A stretch of DNA of 62,911 bases, filler included, from Bipalium vagum (GCA_037834085.1; 3 parts of 3 records of this genome joined end to end with filler, not necessarily neighbours in it), one strand, 5' to 3'; counted from the first letter of the whole stretch, positions 12,746 to 26,920 are shown. Notes: generated by a model from the letters alone, not told the origin. Program-made: numbers and translations.

Positions 12746-14169
12746 TTGTATAGTTATATTCATGAGTTCTCATTTTCAAAACTAACATTATAAGACCAAA
12801 GCAATATAATGTATTTTAGGAAATCCGATTATTTCAAAATACTTTTTGAAATTATAACTCACTCATTTTTTTAATTAACTTTTTTTGCTTAACAAAAATT
12901 TATCAATTTTATATTGCTTTTTTTTATTTAGAATTCTTAAATTAAGTTTAACTAAAAATATCTAATAACCAATCAAAAAACTGTAATTTATAAAAATTTT
13001 AATAATTTTCAAAACTTTAAATTATAAATATTCAAAAACCGTTAATTTTGGTGTGCAGTACTTAGTTAAAAAAATAATCTAAACAAATTGTTCGAACCAC
13101 TTCTTAGAACTATTATTATTACTATTACTATTACTATTATCAAGAAAATTAAAAGAATAAGTATAATAATTAGAAAATTATAATAATTAAAAATAAAATA
13201 ATAATTAGTTACATTGCTTTGTTTCGATTTTTCATATTTTATACAGATAAATTAAATTATGTATTATGTGATTTTCGCAGAGACCAAAACGGAAAGGATA
13301 ATTTCCACAGCTCAGTGATCATATATGTAAAAAAATATGTATTATAAATGTTTAGAAAAAAATATACAAAATCATTTTTGTTTTTTTGAATTAAATTTTT
13401 CCTTAATTTTTTCAAAGAATTTTCTGAAAATTTTAATTTTTTATGAGTTTGATAAGTATTGATATATTGATATATATTATATATTGATATACAAAAATTT
13501 TAAAAATTCGTCTGATTTAATATTAAAACAAAATAATATGCACAGATTACCAAAATAATTCATAATATTAAAATTTAATTGTTTAATATCCAATTTTTAA
13601 TTATAATAAATTATTAATAATTTTTTATTATGTTTTTACACATTATTATCCAAAAAAAATTTATTTTCCCCATTAAAATATCTTCAAAGGTAACAAAAAA
13701 TTGTATACCTAATATTTTTCTGTTTTTTATAAATTATTTTTTGTTTTAAATTAAAGAGGATTAAAATTTACGAATGACAAAAGTTTTCAATCGATAAATT
13801 ATAGTTCGACATTGTTATTGATTTTTCATATTTTCAGACAAAAATATACGATTTATCCATAGGTAAAAAAAATAAACTTGCAGATTAAAACAATAATTTT
13901 TTATAATTCTTCCTGTGTGATTACATAATTATTATAGTTACAGAAATTATCAATTATTATAATGTTTAATATCGATTAGTTAAAAAATTAAATAATAAAA
14001 AATATTTATGAAAATAATAATAATTGTTTTATTGGAAATTTATCTAAAATTATAAATTATTATTTAAATAAAAAAAGGATATATAATTTTTTTCTCGTTA
14101 AATAAATTATATTACATATATTATTATATATTATTATATATTTATATATAAAAAACATTTTGATATGAC

Positions 14170-14535
14170 TATCTGCCACCTTCTTTCCATATACTGTCTA
14201 AACTATATAGGCATCTCTTTAAAAGAACAAAATCATTAAATCTCAGGTGATCCTAGATTGATACCAACGTCATAAATGATATTCTCCTTGAGATCAGCAA
14301 TTGTTTGAGGATCGCTATTACATACCTTTTCCTTTATAAAACTCCAACAGAAAAAATCTACAGGCGTTAGATCACATAATGTGAGCGGCCAATTGATGTT
14401 TGCATGTCGAGAAATTAAACTTTTACCAAATCGTTTTCTTAAAAGGCCAATAGCTTCTTTTGAGATGTGGTTCTATCCTGGTAAAAGGCACGTGTTCTGG
14501 GTATCCATACCTTCCAAATCATGAAACAACAGTTT
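14170..14535 (-). mobile_element. DD41D (rosa-like) Tc1/mariner transposase C-terminal remnant
   Basis: Minus strand HISKEAIGLLRKRFGKSLISRHANINWPLTLCDLTPVDFFCWSFIKEKV..DPQTIADLKENI, matching the WPPRSCDLTPLDFFLWG motif. Confidence 0.85.
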
Positions 14536-15979
14536 TCCAATCATTATTATATTATTATTTTTATTATTATTACTTTTATTAATAGAATAACAGAAAAACA
14601 AAAACTGGTGACTTTACAAAATGAAATATTATAATATATATAACTTTTCATTAAATTTTTTGTAAGAAAAATTATAATTAACGATTTTTTTAAAAATATT
14701 TTAAAACAAAGTAAATCAAAAAATATATGTTTTCCATTTAATTAAAACAATTTTTCAATTTTCAAGAGAATATAATGAAATACGCAAGAAGAATAAGAAA
14801 ATGTTAAAATTCATAAAACTTAAATGAAAAAAGAAAAAACCTGAAATAAATGTGATTTTTTTTTGAAAAGAATTAATTTAATAATTGAAAAAATAAAAAA
14901 AGATTTAATTAAATCTTTACTTCTGAAAAATTTAAAATAAATAATGAAAAAAGTACATAATTAATATATTTAATATTATATTTCTCTAAGAATTCTCCAA
15001 TATTTTAATGAAATCATATAAATGAAATTTATTAAAATCCCTAAAATTTATCACATTAAATGGAAAGAAATAAAACAATTCAAGGCGATTTATTACAAAA
15101 TTATGCCAACCAAAATGATTCCTTAGAAAAAATTAAAAATCTAAATATTCTCCATTTTATTTTATTTTTAGATTGTTTTATCAATTTGTAAATATTTAAT
15201 GCCTTTTTGATCTTTTATTTTACCAATCATCCGATGAGGTCCAATTTATTTATTTATTTTATAGGTGCAAATAAAATTTTATATTCAAAAATTAATGAGT
15301 TTTGTTCTTTTCATTAAATAATATTTTATGAATTTCGTAAGCCAAAAAAATTAATGAAAAGTAATAAAATGTTTAATAAATATTTTGATCATAAGTCGTG
15401 GATTTTATATGAATAAACATTTTTGCTTATTTTAGATAACTAAAAAAATTAATTAAATAAAAATTATTTTTCTTTTATTAATAATATTAAATCAATACAT
15501 AAAATTATATTATCGAACTGCCATATGGAATATCCGATTTCAATCTTTACCAATCGATTACAATCTTTTATAATAAAGTTGCAGACATAAATTATATTGC
15601 ATTTTGAAATTCTCAGCTTAGAATATGATATTTTCATATTTGTTTAAATAATATAATAAATTCTGTTTGGATTGTCACAAACTCACAAATAATTTCACAA
15701 AATTTAATTATACTAAAGAAAATTAAGCAGCACAGCTTACGAAGAGTCGAAAGGTAGGCGTTATGTATAATTCTTGGAATGCGACCAAAGGTTATCAAAC
15801 GGAAACTATTCAAGACCCATGGGTTTCTCTGAAAATGAAGATTTACTGATTTTTTTAGACCCAATATAATTGGAATTCATTTCAAAATAGTTGGTAATGT
15901 TAAAAACACTGGAGATGAGTTGTATATTTATTAAATCAATGACAAGTAAAAATCTTAAAATTTTCTAATCTTTATTGTT

Positions 15980-16400
15980 ACTTAACGAAAAGGATCCGTT
16001 TTTAAATTGTATTATAAAAAGTGATGAAAAATTGGTTCTCTACAATAATAAAAGACATTCATTACAATGTGTGGATGTTGATCACTTACTGTTTCTTTAC
16101 TCGAAACTTGCTATGCATCGCAAAAAATAATGCTTACCATGTAGTCATATATTTTTCATTGCTGGATTCTGCCGAGACTATCACAGAAAACAGGTACCTA
16201 CTCTAGAAATAAGGAACCAAAAAATGTGAACAAGAAAGAAGCAATCTTGCTGAGTAATAATTCAAGACCACGTGTGCTAAAAAGTTTTAAAATTGCTAAA
16301 ATATGCTAAAAGACTCTTAAAAAATAACTGAACTAGGGATAGAAAGTTTGCAACAATAACCGTTGTTAACTGGTACTAATGGATTATCATTTCTTCAAGT
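15980..16400 (+). mobile_element. mariner transposase remnant
   Basis: DEKLVLYNNKRHSLQ (TGDEKW-like), NKKEAILLSNNSRPRV (HDNARPH-like) and TLKKITELGIE. Confidence 0.7.
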
Positions 16401-17190
16401 CTCCATTGTTATTCGCAATATCAAGATGAGAGATTTTGATATAATATTATTTTCTTAAAAAAAAACACAAAAATCTATCATTATATACTCTCAATAAATT
16501 ACTATAACGTGCTTTTTTATTTTCAAAAATCATTTTTTATTCAATCATTTTAGAATTTAATAAAATAAATCTTAAAATATAAAATAACCGAAGTTTAGGT
16601 AATATTAAAAAATGAGGCAAATTATAGAAATTCTATAATTTGTTTAAATATTCACATCCATAATTTTCTGGTCAAGGAAATTTTTGAAATAATAAGGGTA
16701 ATAAAATTGTTACCTCCGACTTCATTGATTCTAGAAACTCTACTCTAAAAATAAACCTTCAAAAATTTAACATACACATTAAGAAAATTTATTACAACAG
16801 TATTTAAATTATCTTCAAAGGTACTTTAAGGTTCAGAAATACATTTTCACCCAATTAACTCTTTCTTTATAAAATTGTATAATTTCCCTTTTTAATATAA
16901 ATGTGTGTATATTTAAACTCAAATTCATTATTTAACTGTACTTATAAAAATTAATCAATAAAATTTACTGACTGTAAAATTTATTGATTTTATTAAACGT
17001 TAATTTCAAATAAATTTATAATCCGATGGTTTTGAATTGGTAAATAAATGTTTAACTAAATTCAAATTTATGCTGATCGGTAAATAAAAGAAGATTGAGA
17101 TAAACAAATAATATATATAAAACATCCATTTGGAAACAAATGTAGTAGATGTAAAATGGAATATTTCATCGATTTCACATATCAGATTAG

Positions 17191-17716
17191 ATAAAAATAT
17201 GGATCAATTTAAATTGACACTGCCTTTTTTAAAATTTGATGTCAGATTTAATTTGTTACATTATGTAGTGTCAATTTTAACTGATATAAATACAAACTTT
17301 AAAATAATGAAGATAAACTAAAATGAATAAAGATTTTCTTGATATGATAGCTAAGTTGGTGTTTATGTCTAATTAAATAATTTATTATTAATTAAATATT
17401 TAGATACAGCTAAAATAAAGACATTGGTAAAAGCATTGGTAAGATGAAATTAAATGAGACGAAAAATCACCTCCGACTGTCGTGTATGGACATCTAACAA
17501 TACAAAATGCGCAAAAAAGAATAAGTATTCAGTCGGACTCATGGTTAGTTTCTTTCAAAATTGAAATCAAATAAATTGATTCTTAATCTCAGGTTTAAAT
17601 ATGTGGTTTCAAATTTAATTGATTTAGTGTCAGGTTTGATTGATTAAAATATGTAGTGTCATTTTTAATTTATGGTTGCTGTTGTGTCAAGTTAAATTGA
17701 TCCAACTATTTTATAA
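17191..17716. mobile_element. MITE-like non-autonomous element with terminal inverted repeats and internal GTGTCA motifs
   Basis: GGATCAATTTAAATTGACAC (17201-17220) is a 19/20 inverted match to GTGTCAAGTTAAATTGATCC (17684-17703). Repeated GTAGTGTCA(A/T)TTT-like motifs lie inside. Confidence 0.7.
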
Positions 17717-18549
17717 GTGAAATTACTATGAAAACTGTTTTCTATTATGTAAATCATGCAGATTTTTATTATCATTCATATTAAATAATAATAATAAAAT
17801 TTCATATTTTGTTGATTAAGAAAGATTTTGATATAATTTTCAATTAAAATGAAAGAACTTTAACAGGTATATTAAATATTTTTTCTTTATCCCCATGTTT
17901 TCATACATTTATAAAATTTGTTATGATCAATGAAGAATAATCAAAAAGGAACTGATTTTATTTAACGTCATTTACTTTGAAAAAATAATTTAATAATTTA
18001 TATTATTTTGAATAACACCACTTATATGATAAGAAATAAAGTGTCAATTATCAGAAGTAATCTAGATTTAAGGAAAATAATATAATTTTTTTAGTGAAAT
18101 ATTACATTTTTGATTTTTACTCCTTTAAATTAAATCAAAATATTATATAATATTTCGATTTTTTAAAAAATAATAATAATAATAAAAAATAATAAAATAA
18201 AATAAAAAAAAATAATAATAAAGACTAATATAATAAAATTGCCATAATAATATTATTTCTAACTTCTAGTAACCTTTCTAAACTTCATTGTTTCTATGAA
18301 AAAGTTCATTTTTACAACCCACTATCATTCTTGGAAAAGCAGGAGTTTTCCGTCAATTTATTTTCTGAACTGTTGCCATCTGATTCCCGACAATTCTAAA
18401 TTTATCATTTTATTACTATTTCATTGTAGTTCTGAAAACCCTTTAAGAAATAATAAGTTTTAGCTGGTTTTTATCGTAGTTTGAAGGAAATATCAAAACC
18501 AAATAAATAGGAAGAAGTAATTTTATTTCTGAAAGATTAAGATAAATAG

Positions 18550-18830
18550 TAAACATTTAGAGAAATGGGAAAGAGAAACAATTGTCTGTCGAACAAAACT
18601 CTCTTCCCAATTGTAAAATACATCAATCAAAGGATGATACATCTTCACTAAGGCTGTCCTCTGTGAAGTTGATAATCTCAGCTAACGGGACATAATAGAG
18701 TGGGTTACTAGAATTAATGAGACTGAAAATGACATTAAAGAATTGAATGGCTAAGGTAACTTAGATGAACTTCTAAATGAAAATGGTGACGAAGTTGCTT
18801 ATTCTGCTCTTGTGAAATGAACGGCAAACA
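18550..18830 (+). mobile_element. possible BEL/Pao gag remnant
   Basis: IIEWVTRINETENDIKELNG*GNLDELLNE...SALVK* resembles the Pao gag core. Weak. Confidence 0.3.
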
Positions 18831-19099
18831 ATATTCTTTCAATCAACGAAATTTTTATGCTTAGTGCCATAAGAGAGAAAGCATATTTTGATATTGCCCA
18901 ATTTTTTTATTTATTTCTCCATATAAAACTTTTCCTGGATCAGAAATTTTATTTTAAAAAAAGATTCTTTTGCAGAGCGCCTACTCGATATGAATAATAA
19001 GGAACAATGTTTATAGATTAAAACAATATTGTTTGTTAAAATAATCGTTTTAGTGTAATGATTAATAATAGGATACAAAATATAATTGGTAAAAAAACA

Positions 19100-19800
19100 T
19101 ATTACTGAGACACTGTTTTTGTCAAAGTTAGGTTACAAATCATAAACAATGTTGTACAGGTATTAAAGTCATACTCTTTGAGAATACCGACATTTGTTGA
19201 AATTAATAATAAATACATCGACAGTAAGTTTAAACGAATCAAAAGTTATGAATCATAGAAATAAATTTTTATCTGCAGAAATATTCTCAGAAAGAAAGCG
19301 AAACTACATGAAATCTGTTAATAATATGATAATAATCACTAATGTGCCACTAAATATTAGCTATTCGCTTGTACAAACTTTGTTTCATGTTCAGTGTTTC
19401 GAAGCGTCAATAAATATATTAATCGTTTAATTTAACTCCGTTTTTGTTTTTTCTGTAATGAGCTTTTAAGTAATCGGAATTTTCAAGAGTTAATTGAACA
19501 GCATTACCTGTTAATATGCTCTATAATTATTGATTTTAGCAGGATATATTATCGCATTTGTAGCTGTGAAATGTTTCGCACTGTATTAACAAAGGATCTC
19601 TACTCTTCACCGGATATCCAGAAGACGAAAATATCTTTTCGTGTTATATGCGTCAACGGATAACACCATCTTTCCTTCTTAAGATATTGCTTCACCAGTT
19701 TTTTTGCTTTTACTTTCTTTAAAATAATTATATTATTAAGAAATCTCATTAATTTTGGTCATGCAAGAACGATTTCTCTGGTCCTTGGTGTAAAACTGTG
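19100..19800 (-). mobile_element. possible retroelement RNase H remnant
   Basis: Minus strand INIFIDASKH, followed by IFSGTL-like and FDSFKL-like pieces (RNase H D..E..D pattern). Confidence 0.3.
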
Positions 19801-20171
19801 ATTTCAAGAATTCTTAAGTAATTATTATTTTACAACTAATAATGATAACCCGAATAACAAAACAAATTATTTACTCAGCAAAATTTAATGAAAAGAGGCG
19901 ATTTGAAAAATAAATATTATAGTTATTTATTTTATTACATTATATATTTTGAAAATATATAATTTTTATATTTTTCCTCATATCCTCCAGTGAAGTGTAA
20001 AAATATGTTTTTTTATTCGAAGATTCTAAAAAACATCTTGATTATAACTCAAAATAAGTATAAAATGTTTTACTTGTCCCAGTAAGATATTCCATCAAGG
20101 ATCAATAATTATATAGTTACATATAATAAATAATATATGGTTTTATGATTATTTCTTTTAACATTGTTGTA

Positions 20172-21217
20172 CTAGGTTGTCCGAAAAGTTCCTGACATAG
20201 TCAAGAAAGAGCATGAAATCAAAAAAGCATTTATTTTAATCAACATAAGCACCTTGTAGATCAATACACCGATAATAAAGATTTTCAATAGTTTCTTTGC
20301 CTTCTAAAAAATACGTTGAGGGAAATCCTTCAAAATACTGATCATTTCCCTGTTTCACTTCCTCATTTGAATTGAATTTCTTGTCGGAAAGAAATCTCTT
20401 GAAATTGGGAAATAAGAAGTCGCTGGCTGCCAAATCCGGAGAATATGGAGGTTGAGATATCAATCCAAAGTCTAATTAGTCTAATTTTGCTAGAGCAACA
20501 AGTGATGTGTGAGAAGCTATGTTGTCATGATGAAACAAGAAGTTTTCTTCGTCAAATGTGGTCGACGTCTCTTGAGTTCATCCTTCAAATGTGCAAGCAA
20601 AGCTGCATAATAAGGTAGTTTTCTCTTTCTCAAGATAGTCTATGTTTAATATACAATTGGTAATCCAGAAAATAGTAGCCATAATCTTGACAGCTGTGTT
20701 TTGCCTTTTTAATCTCTTCAACTCACTTTCTCCTGGTGAAATTCACTTATTCAATTGTTGAATTGACTCTGGAGTCTAATTTTCTCTTTTCGTTTTACCA
20801 TTACTTTTATAATATTATTTTTTGTATTAGTTGGTCAGTTGTTCACTCAATTGGACGACCACTGAGACATTCATCTTTAGTGCATGTTCGACCTCGTTCG
20901 AAATCTGAATAGCAATTTTTAATAGTGGAACACGATGAAATTGATTGACAATAAATGTTTATTCAAATTTTCTTTGGTTTCTGTGTTGTTTTACCCTTTC
21001 TTAAAATAATGTTTCATCAATATCGTATTTGTCTATTGTCAAAAATGTAGCTATTAAAACATTTAAATTGATTTTATAAAACAAAATAATAATCATTGAA
21101 ATCAATAAAATATTATATTCATTAATTTAGAAGATTATTATTTAAAGTAAGCATATATATATTTTTACCTAACCTTGTTATTAATGGTCAAGGCCACGAA
21201 CTTTTCGGAAAGCCTAG
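20172..21217 (-). mobile_element. irritans-like (Himar1-type) mariner with both TIRs, decayed
   Basis: TIRs ctaggttgtccgaaaagttcc / cgaacttttcggaaagcctag, both flanked by TA. ORF 20236-20463 reads QPPYSPDLAASDFLFPNFKRFLSDKKFNSNEEVK...YYRCIDLQGAYVD. Confidence 0.92.
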
Positions 21218-21891
21218 TAGAAAAATATAAAGTCGGTTTTGGCTTTCGTTACTGTGAAAATACCTATAATTATTTTTATATTTTCTAAATAAAGAAGATG
21301 CTTTAAATAATGATAAATTATTCCTTAATTATTTAAACAAAAAATTATTTCACTCCTTTACAAATTGACATAAATTTTTCTTTACTTTCTTCACTTTATT
21401 TTATTAAAACATTATGGGAAAAGAAAATTTAAAGTTTAAAAGATTTCTACTTTCACTTTAATCTTATTTCTGCTCTGTATTTTATATTAATAACCAAAAA
21501 TATTTTAAAATGAAATCAATATTACTAAAAACACAAAATATGGTATTGAAACTTTCAAAAAGACTATTTATATAATTATAAATATTGAAGAAAATAATAA
21601 TAATTATTATTATTATTTTTTTATTATTGTAACTTAAACAAATGTCATCGAAATATTTTACTGCCTTAAATTCAAGCTTGTTTCTTATTAATGTTGACAT
21701 ATGTTACATATTCTTTAATAACCAAAAAAGTTATTTATTTTTGCTTTTGTTTGTTTATTTGCTTCGATAAATATTTTATGTATTTACTTGAATAATCTTA
21801 CTGATCAACATTTAAATAATTGTCTTAGTTTAACTCTTTGGTTTGTAAAAATAATAGTTAATTTTTTTTATATATGCAATCTTGACATTTT

Positions 21892-21991
21892 NNNNNNNNN
21901 NNNNNNNNNNNNNNNNNNNNNNNNNNNNNNNNNNNTTAATTAATTAANNNNNNNNNNNNNNNNNNNNNNNNNNNNNNNNNNNNNNNNNNNN
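21892..21991. other. assembly gap with artificial six-frame-stop linker
   Basis: 44 N + TTAATTAATTAA + 44 N. Confidence 0.95.
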
Positions 21992-22343
21992 AACAAAAAC
22001 AATGAACTTATTCGGACAATGTTTCTCTGTGAAAAGAATAAATTTTCAAGACTAAGTATTTTGTTCAAAGAATGGAACAACTAGTAAATAGATGGTTTTT
22101 AATGTAATGGACTTTAGTTTGATAATTAATAAATTATTTTCTTGTTTTTATTTCATTTCTTATCTTTCTTATAAAAAAACATTACTTATGACTCACACTA
22201 ATAAAATGGTTAACAAAATTAAAGAAATCAAAGGATAAAGGTAATCAAAAGACAATTCAATAAAAATCAGTTAATTAAAACAAGCTAACTAAAAGTAATA
22301 ATAAAAATTAAAATAATAAAAGCAAACCAAAATTTAATCTTAC

Positions 22344-22470
22344 GTTTGGCTTCGATTTAATTCCCTGACGATAAGGTGATCTTATGGTTGATCACAGATA
22401 ACCCTCTGATGTGGAACTGAAAAATAATCCAAAGACTAATAAAATGATTGAAAATGCTTAAACAAATATT
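22344..22470 (-). pseudogene. possible OST3/OST6 (MAGT1/TUSC3-like) exon remnant
   Basis: AFSIILLVFGLFFSSTSEGYL*STIRSPYRQG ends at a gtaaga donor and resembles the TM-SGxMWNxIRxxPY motif. In-frame stops present. Confidence 0.3.
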
Positions 22471-23819
22471 TCCACAATAATTAAACAGAAAATACATTTT
22501 AAAATTTAAATAACAATATAAAATTTATGTTTAAAAATATGTTGATAGAAGAATTTTAACTAATCATTAATTTTGCATTATATAAATAAAATATAAATAA
22601 CATTAAAAATTAAAATTAAATATAATTTCAATTTAATGTAAATAAACTGGTTATCTGTTAACATAGTTGTCAAAAATATTAAGAATAATTAATTTAAAGA
22701 AAAAAGATTTTTTTACTAACCAAATATTTTATTTAACCAAACAAAATTAAAAAAAATAACTTAATTAATATAATAAATTTACAATAATTGTTATTTACTT
22801 AATATTTATTTTAATTATCAATTAAATAATTTATTCATTATAAATTTTATTTTTATAACCAATAATTGTTCCGTCAACCAATAATTTTATTTACATATTT
22901 TATAAATTAAATTATATAAAACCTGTAATATTGTAATAATACTTCTCTTTTTTCTAACTAACTCAATACAACTCAGTCAATGTTCTCTAAACTCTTCATT
23001 CGTGTAATTCTGTTCTCTTTGACAAAGGTTTTTGGAATGAAATGAATGTGTTCGGTTTAAGAAATTTTTGTTGTTTTTAAAGCATTTATTGTTTCAATCA
23101 CACTGAAATATGAAGTTTTGTCCTATCAAATGTTCTATTAATAAGACAAAGAAAAATAGCATATCAAGTTCAAATTTCTTAAAATCATTTTGACTCACCA
23201 CCCTTCTATCGAAAAGAATAGTTAGACATTTTTTAAAACTCTTTAGTTGTGGCCTAATTCTACACTGTTCATCCTAGCCTTCACCTACTTTTCGTTTAAT
23301 CTTAAAAACCCTCGTGTTTTATGCCTTCTTGAACTATATACTCCATTTTTGTTACCTGTATTCAAACTATAGATTTCAACAAAATGATTTCTTGCTAAAT
23401 AATATTTTCTAAAAAATCTTCAATTGATAAATAATAATACACTTTTGTAAAAATAAGCTTGAATAAATAACCCTCAATCTAATTATTACACTTAAGTTAG
23501 TACAAGAGATTACATGGTTTCAAAGTTGCCCAATTGACAAGATATAAAAAAGTTATAAAAACAGACTAGCATCTCTTATGTTTTAATTAATTAATAATAC
23601 ATCATCACTATTCTGATTACGAATAATCTATTTATAGTTTTCAGATATTATCGATAATTGTATGTTGTATAGCTGATTTTTTATGAATGTTTTAGATTAC
23701 CTGTTTTGTTTAACAGATTGAAAATATTTATATACTGTTTTATGTATTAGAAATTGAAAGGTAAAGATATATTAAATGTAGATCAAATACCCGGGTTGTT
23801 TCTTTTACTTCGATAATAT

Positions 23820-24155
23820 CAGGGTTACCCAGCAAACTATCATTTAGGATCCTATTATAACCATCCATTATTGGTCAATCAGCTCCGACGAATGGATAAA
23901 AACCCTTCTTCGAATTTTTAGGATTGATGGAACTTGGATATACTATTTTGAACCAAAAATAAACAACAAAATATGGTCTGAATCGCCAAAGCTGGTGGCA
24001 AAACTTGGTAAAACAGGGTAAAGTGATTTCTAACTTCTTCAGAGAAAACAGTCATTGACAATTATTATTGCAATACTATTTTCCATTTTGTGATATATCT
24101 ATGCCAACAAGTATCCATATGATCAGCTTCATCATGATAACGCGTCGGCTCATAT
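23820..24155 (+). mobile_element. mariner remnant
   Basis: DGTWIYYFEPK and LHHDNASAH motifs. Confidence 0.75.
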
Positions 24156-24649
24156 AATATATATTAATTTATTTTTTTATTATCTTTAGAAATTTTAAGC
24201 ATAAAAGGTTACATTAAAGAGAATACTATATAATACTATATATCTTTTTGGGTTTTATTTGTTTTTGAGAGCCTCCAAAAATGTCAATTAAACAAACTTG
24301 TATCAATCGATGTAATAAAAATTTTATAAATTGCTGGATTTTCCCAAAACACCCACTCACACAATAAGTAATATTGAGAAGGACCACAGAAAATGTCAAA
24401 CAATATTAATTTAAATTAATTAACTATTTAAAAAACCAATAAAAAATAAGGAAAAGTACACAGATATTCTGATGATAAAATTTCTTTAAATATGAAAATA
24501 TCTCTCAAAAAGTAAGTTTATTTATTTATTAGAATAATTTTGAAAAAATAATAAATAGTAATTATAAAATAAAGAGAAAGTGAAAATTTTAATGAATTTT
24601 AAGGCTTTTAAAGATTTTTTCAGAATTTTGAGATTAGTCAAGAAAAAGT

Positions 24650-24850
24650 TAAAAGTCAAAATAAGCACAGTTATTTCAGCAAAAATACCCGTGAAAAACG
24701 CTTAAGTTTTGTTAAAAAATTCTATTAACAAAGAAGAGTTCTATTAGAAGAATTCGATTACGAAGAGTATTATTATCAAAGATTATTGACGAGTACATTC
24801 ATTAATTTTGTTACCTTTCGGATTTAGCCGAAATTTAGCCCTGCCACATT
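24650..24850 (+). mobile_element. Tc1-type transposase remnant
   Basis: KHSYFSKNTREKRLSFVKK resembles the Tc1 KKP.IS..N..KRL.FA motif. Confidence 0.45.
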
Positions 24851-25188
24851 TATTCTTTAGTGATACAATAAAAAACATTTTTGGTATTTATTGTGAAAAT
24901 TTAAACTGTTAGAAAATAAATTTCAATAGCATCCTATCATTTTATTATATATAATTATTAATTATTTTTATTATTCATTATTATGAAAAAACAAACAAAA
25001 TATAAAAAATAGAGAATAAGAAAAAATATTATGAATTGCTATTTATAGAAAATAAGAAAATAAAATAATAATAATTTCTAAAAATAGAAATTTAATAAAA
25101 TAAATTTTATAAATAGGAAATATGTTTATTAAAATAATTGGTTTCAACACATTGAACTAATTCAATTTTCTCACCCTAATATTTATTA

Positions 25189-26200
25189 TTATGTTGTGCC
25201 ATAAAAATGGCACTTTCTTAAAAAGTTTCAGTTTTCATTTATTAACGAACAAAATTAAAACTCATCATTTTGATTGAGAAGAATTGAATGCTGAGCTATC
25301 TGTTGGATTCAACTTTCATACCAATCTACAGTTCTGAAGTAAAAAAAACTTTGGTAGTTCCTCGTGAAGTGCTTATCATTTTCTTTGGAAAAAAATTTAT
25401 ATTGAGCAAAACAAATGAAATTCATCTGCAACATTGAGCATGTCTGACGTTGCGATAGTTCAATTCCATCAGAGATGTTGATTAAAGATCTTTGTATTCT
25501 GTGAAATATGTGGTTTTGCGTTACCTACTTCTAATCAAACCTATTTCCGATTGATTAAAGAAGGATATTTTGTTGTCATAACTCCATGCATTCTGTGAAT
25601 TCGACCTTAAGCTATTATCACCAAGCAAAGGTTTAAGGATTATTATGTCACTTTTTACCCAAATCGTTGTACTTGTACAAGAAATAGAAGGCTCATTTGT
25701 AGATAACCATTGATATTTTCTATTTTGATTATTAAATAAGACCGATTTTTCTTCCTTGACCATAATAATTTTGAAAAAAAATTAAATGTCAATTGGTTTT
25801 AAAGTGACTTCAAATTTCAAACGGCTCATAAGGTTCGATTCGAAATCCTCCATATTTTTTCCAAGTTAAATGAAAATTATGTTGAATGATAGACTTTTCA
25901 AAAAAATCAGCCTATTATCTCATTGATTGAGTCCATTCAACCGATTTTTTCATCAAACACCAATACCTTCAGCAACCTGGCTGTTGTCAGATTCTGGTGT
26001 AACCAAATTTGAACTTTGTAAAATATCGTATGACTGTTCTCTTTTTTATCTCGTATTAGCTTCAACTTGTCCTATAAAATGGATGGTTTCCGATGCGCAC
26101 AGTTTTTCAATAGTTTTGCGAAATTCTAATATTTCTTTTTTCCGGAAATATTTCACGCTAACAATAAAATCAAATTGATTTTAAAAACATTATGCGAATT
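25189..26200 (-). mobile_element. near full-length decayed mariner
   Basis: TIR-like ttatgttgtgccataaaaatggcac. Protein pieces: N-terminal RYFTKFKFG, MVKEEKSVLFNNQNRKYQWLS (TGDEKW region) and DVADEFHLF. Confidence 0.8.
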
Positions 26201-26344
26201 TTATTAATTAATACAATATTATAAATTATAGAATGTTTTTATATCAAGCTGTAAGACAATGACCATTTCCAAAAAAAGACAGTTGATCTATTGTCATAAT
26301 CCGTTATTAAACATCGTCATCAAAAATATATAAATATAAAATAG

Positions 26345-26541
26345 GTACCACACCTGTCAAAGTTGAGCTAAACATGGACGTGTATTTTGTGCCGTATGGT
26401 GATAAAGGTAACAAAGGATTCACAAAAACTTTTTATGATTGCCGATTTCCATACGAAACAGAAAGAATTATCGACCATTGTGTTTGTTCGATGCCAACTT
26501 TTGACTGGATGCTTAAACTGTGTAGTAACATTAAAAGATAA
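26345..26541 (+). other. unidentified Cys-containing exon-like ORF
   Basis: After an aaatag acceptor: TTPVKVELNMDVYFVPYGDKGNKGFTKTFYDCRFPYETERIIDHCVCSMPTFDWMLKLCSNIKR*. A further exon-like segment ends at gtaagt near 26712. Confidence 0.35.
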
Positions 26542-26790
26542 AGTTAACTAGATTGACACGATTTCCCTTTGTATTTCTTTAATCATATATTTTAATATGT
26601 TTAAGAACGTGGAGACAAATTGTAACACATTCTAAAATTTAGGTCATAAAAGTTAAGACATGAATTCTTGAAGTATACTGATCAAAACCAATATTTTCAT
26701 GAAGACTATTCGTAAGTAAGTCGAGTTTACGGTTTCGTTTTCTAAAATATTCCACTTGTTACGTTGCACCAGAGTAAACTGAAAATTTAG

Positions 26791-26920
26791 NNNNNNNNNN
26801 NNNNNNNNNNNNNNNNNNNNNNNNNNNNNNNNNNNNNNNNNNNNNNNNNNNNNNNNNNNNNNNNNNNNNNNNNNNNNNNNNNNNNNNNNNNNNNNNNNNN
26901 NNNNNNNNNNNNNNNNNNNN
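26791..26920. other. assembly gap (130 N)
   Basis: Run of N. Confidence 0.99.

Noticed and set aside
12345-12788. Long Ile-rich and Asn-rich ORFs in three frames
   Set aside because: By-products of the minisatellite.
21936-21947. Palindromic TTAATTAATTAA between N runs (also 46110-46121)
   Set aside because: The identical 44N-12-44N layout at two sites marks an artificial contig linker with six-frame stops. Adjacency across these joins may not be real.
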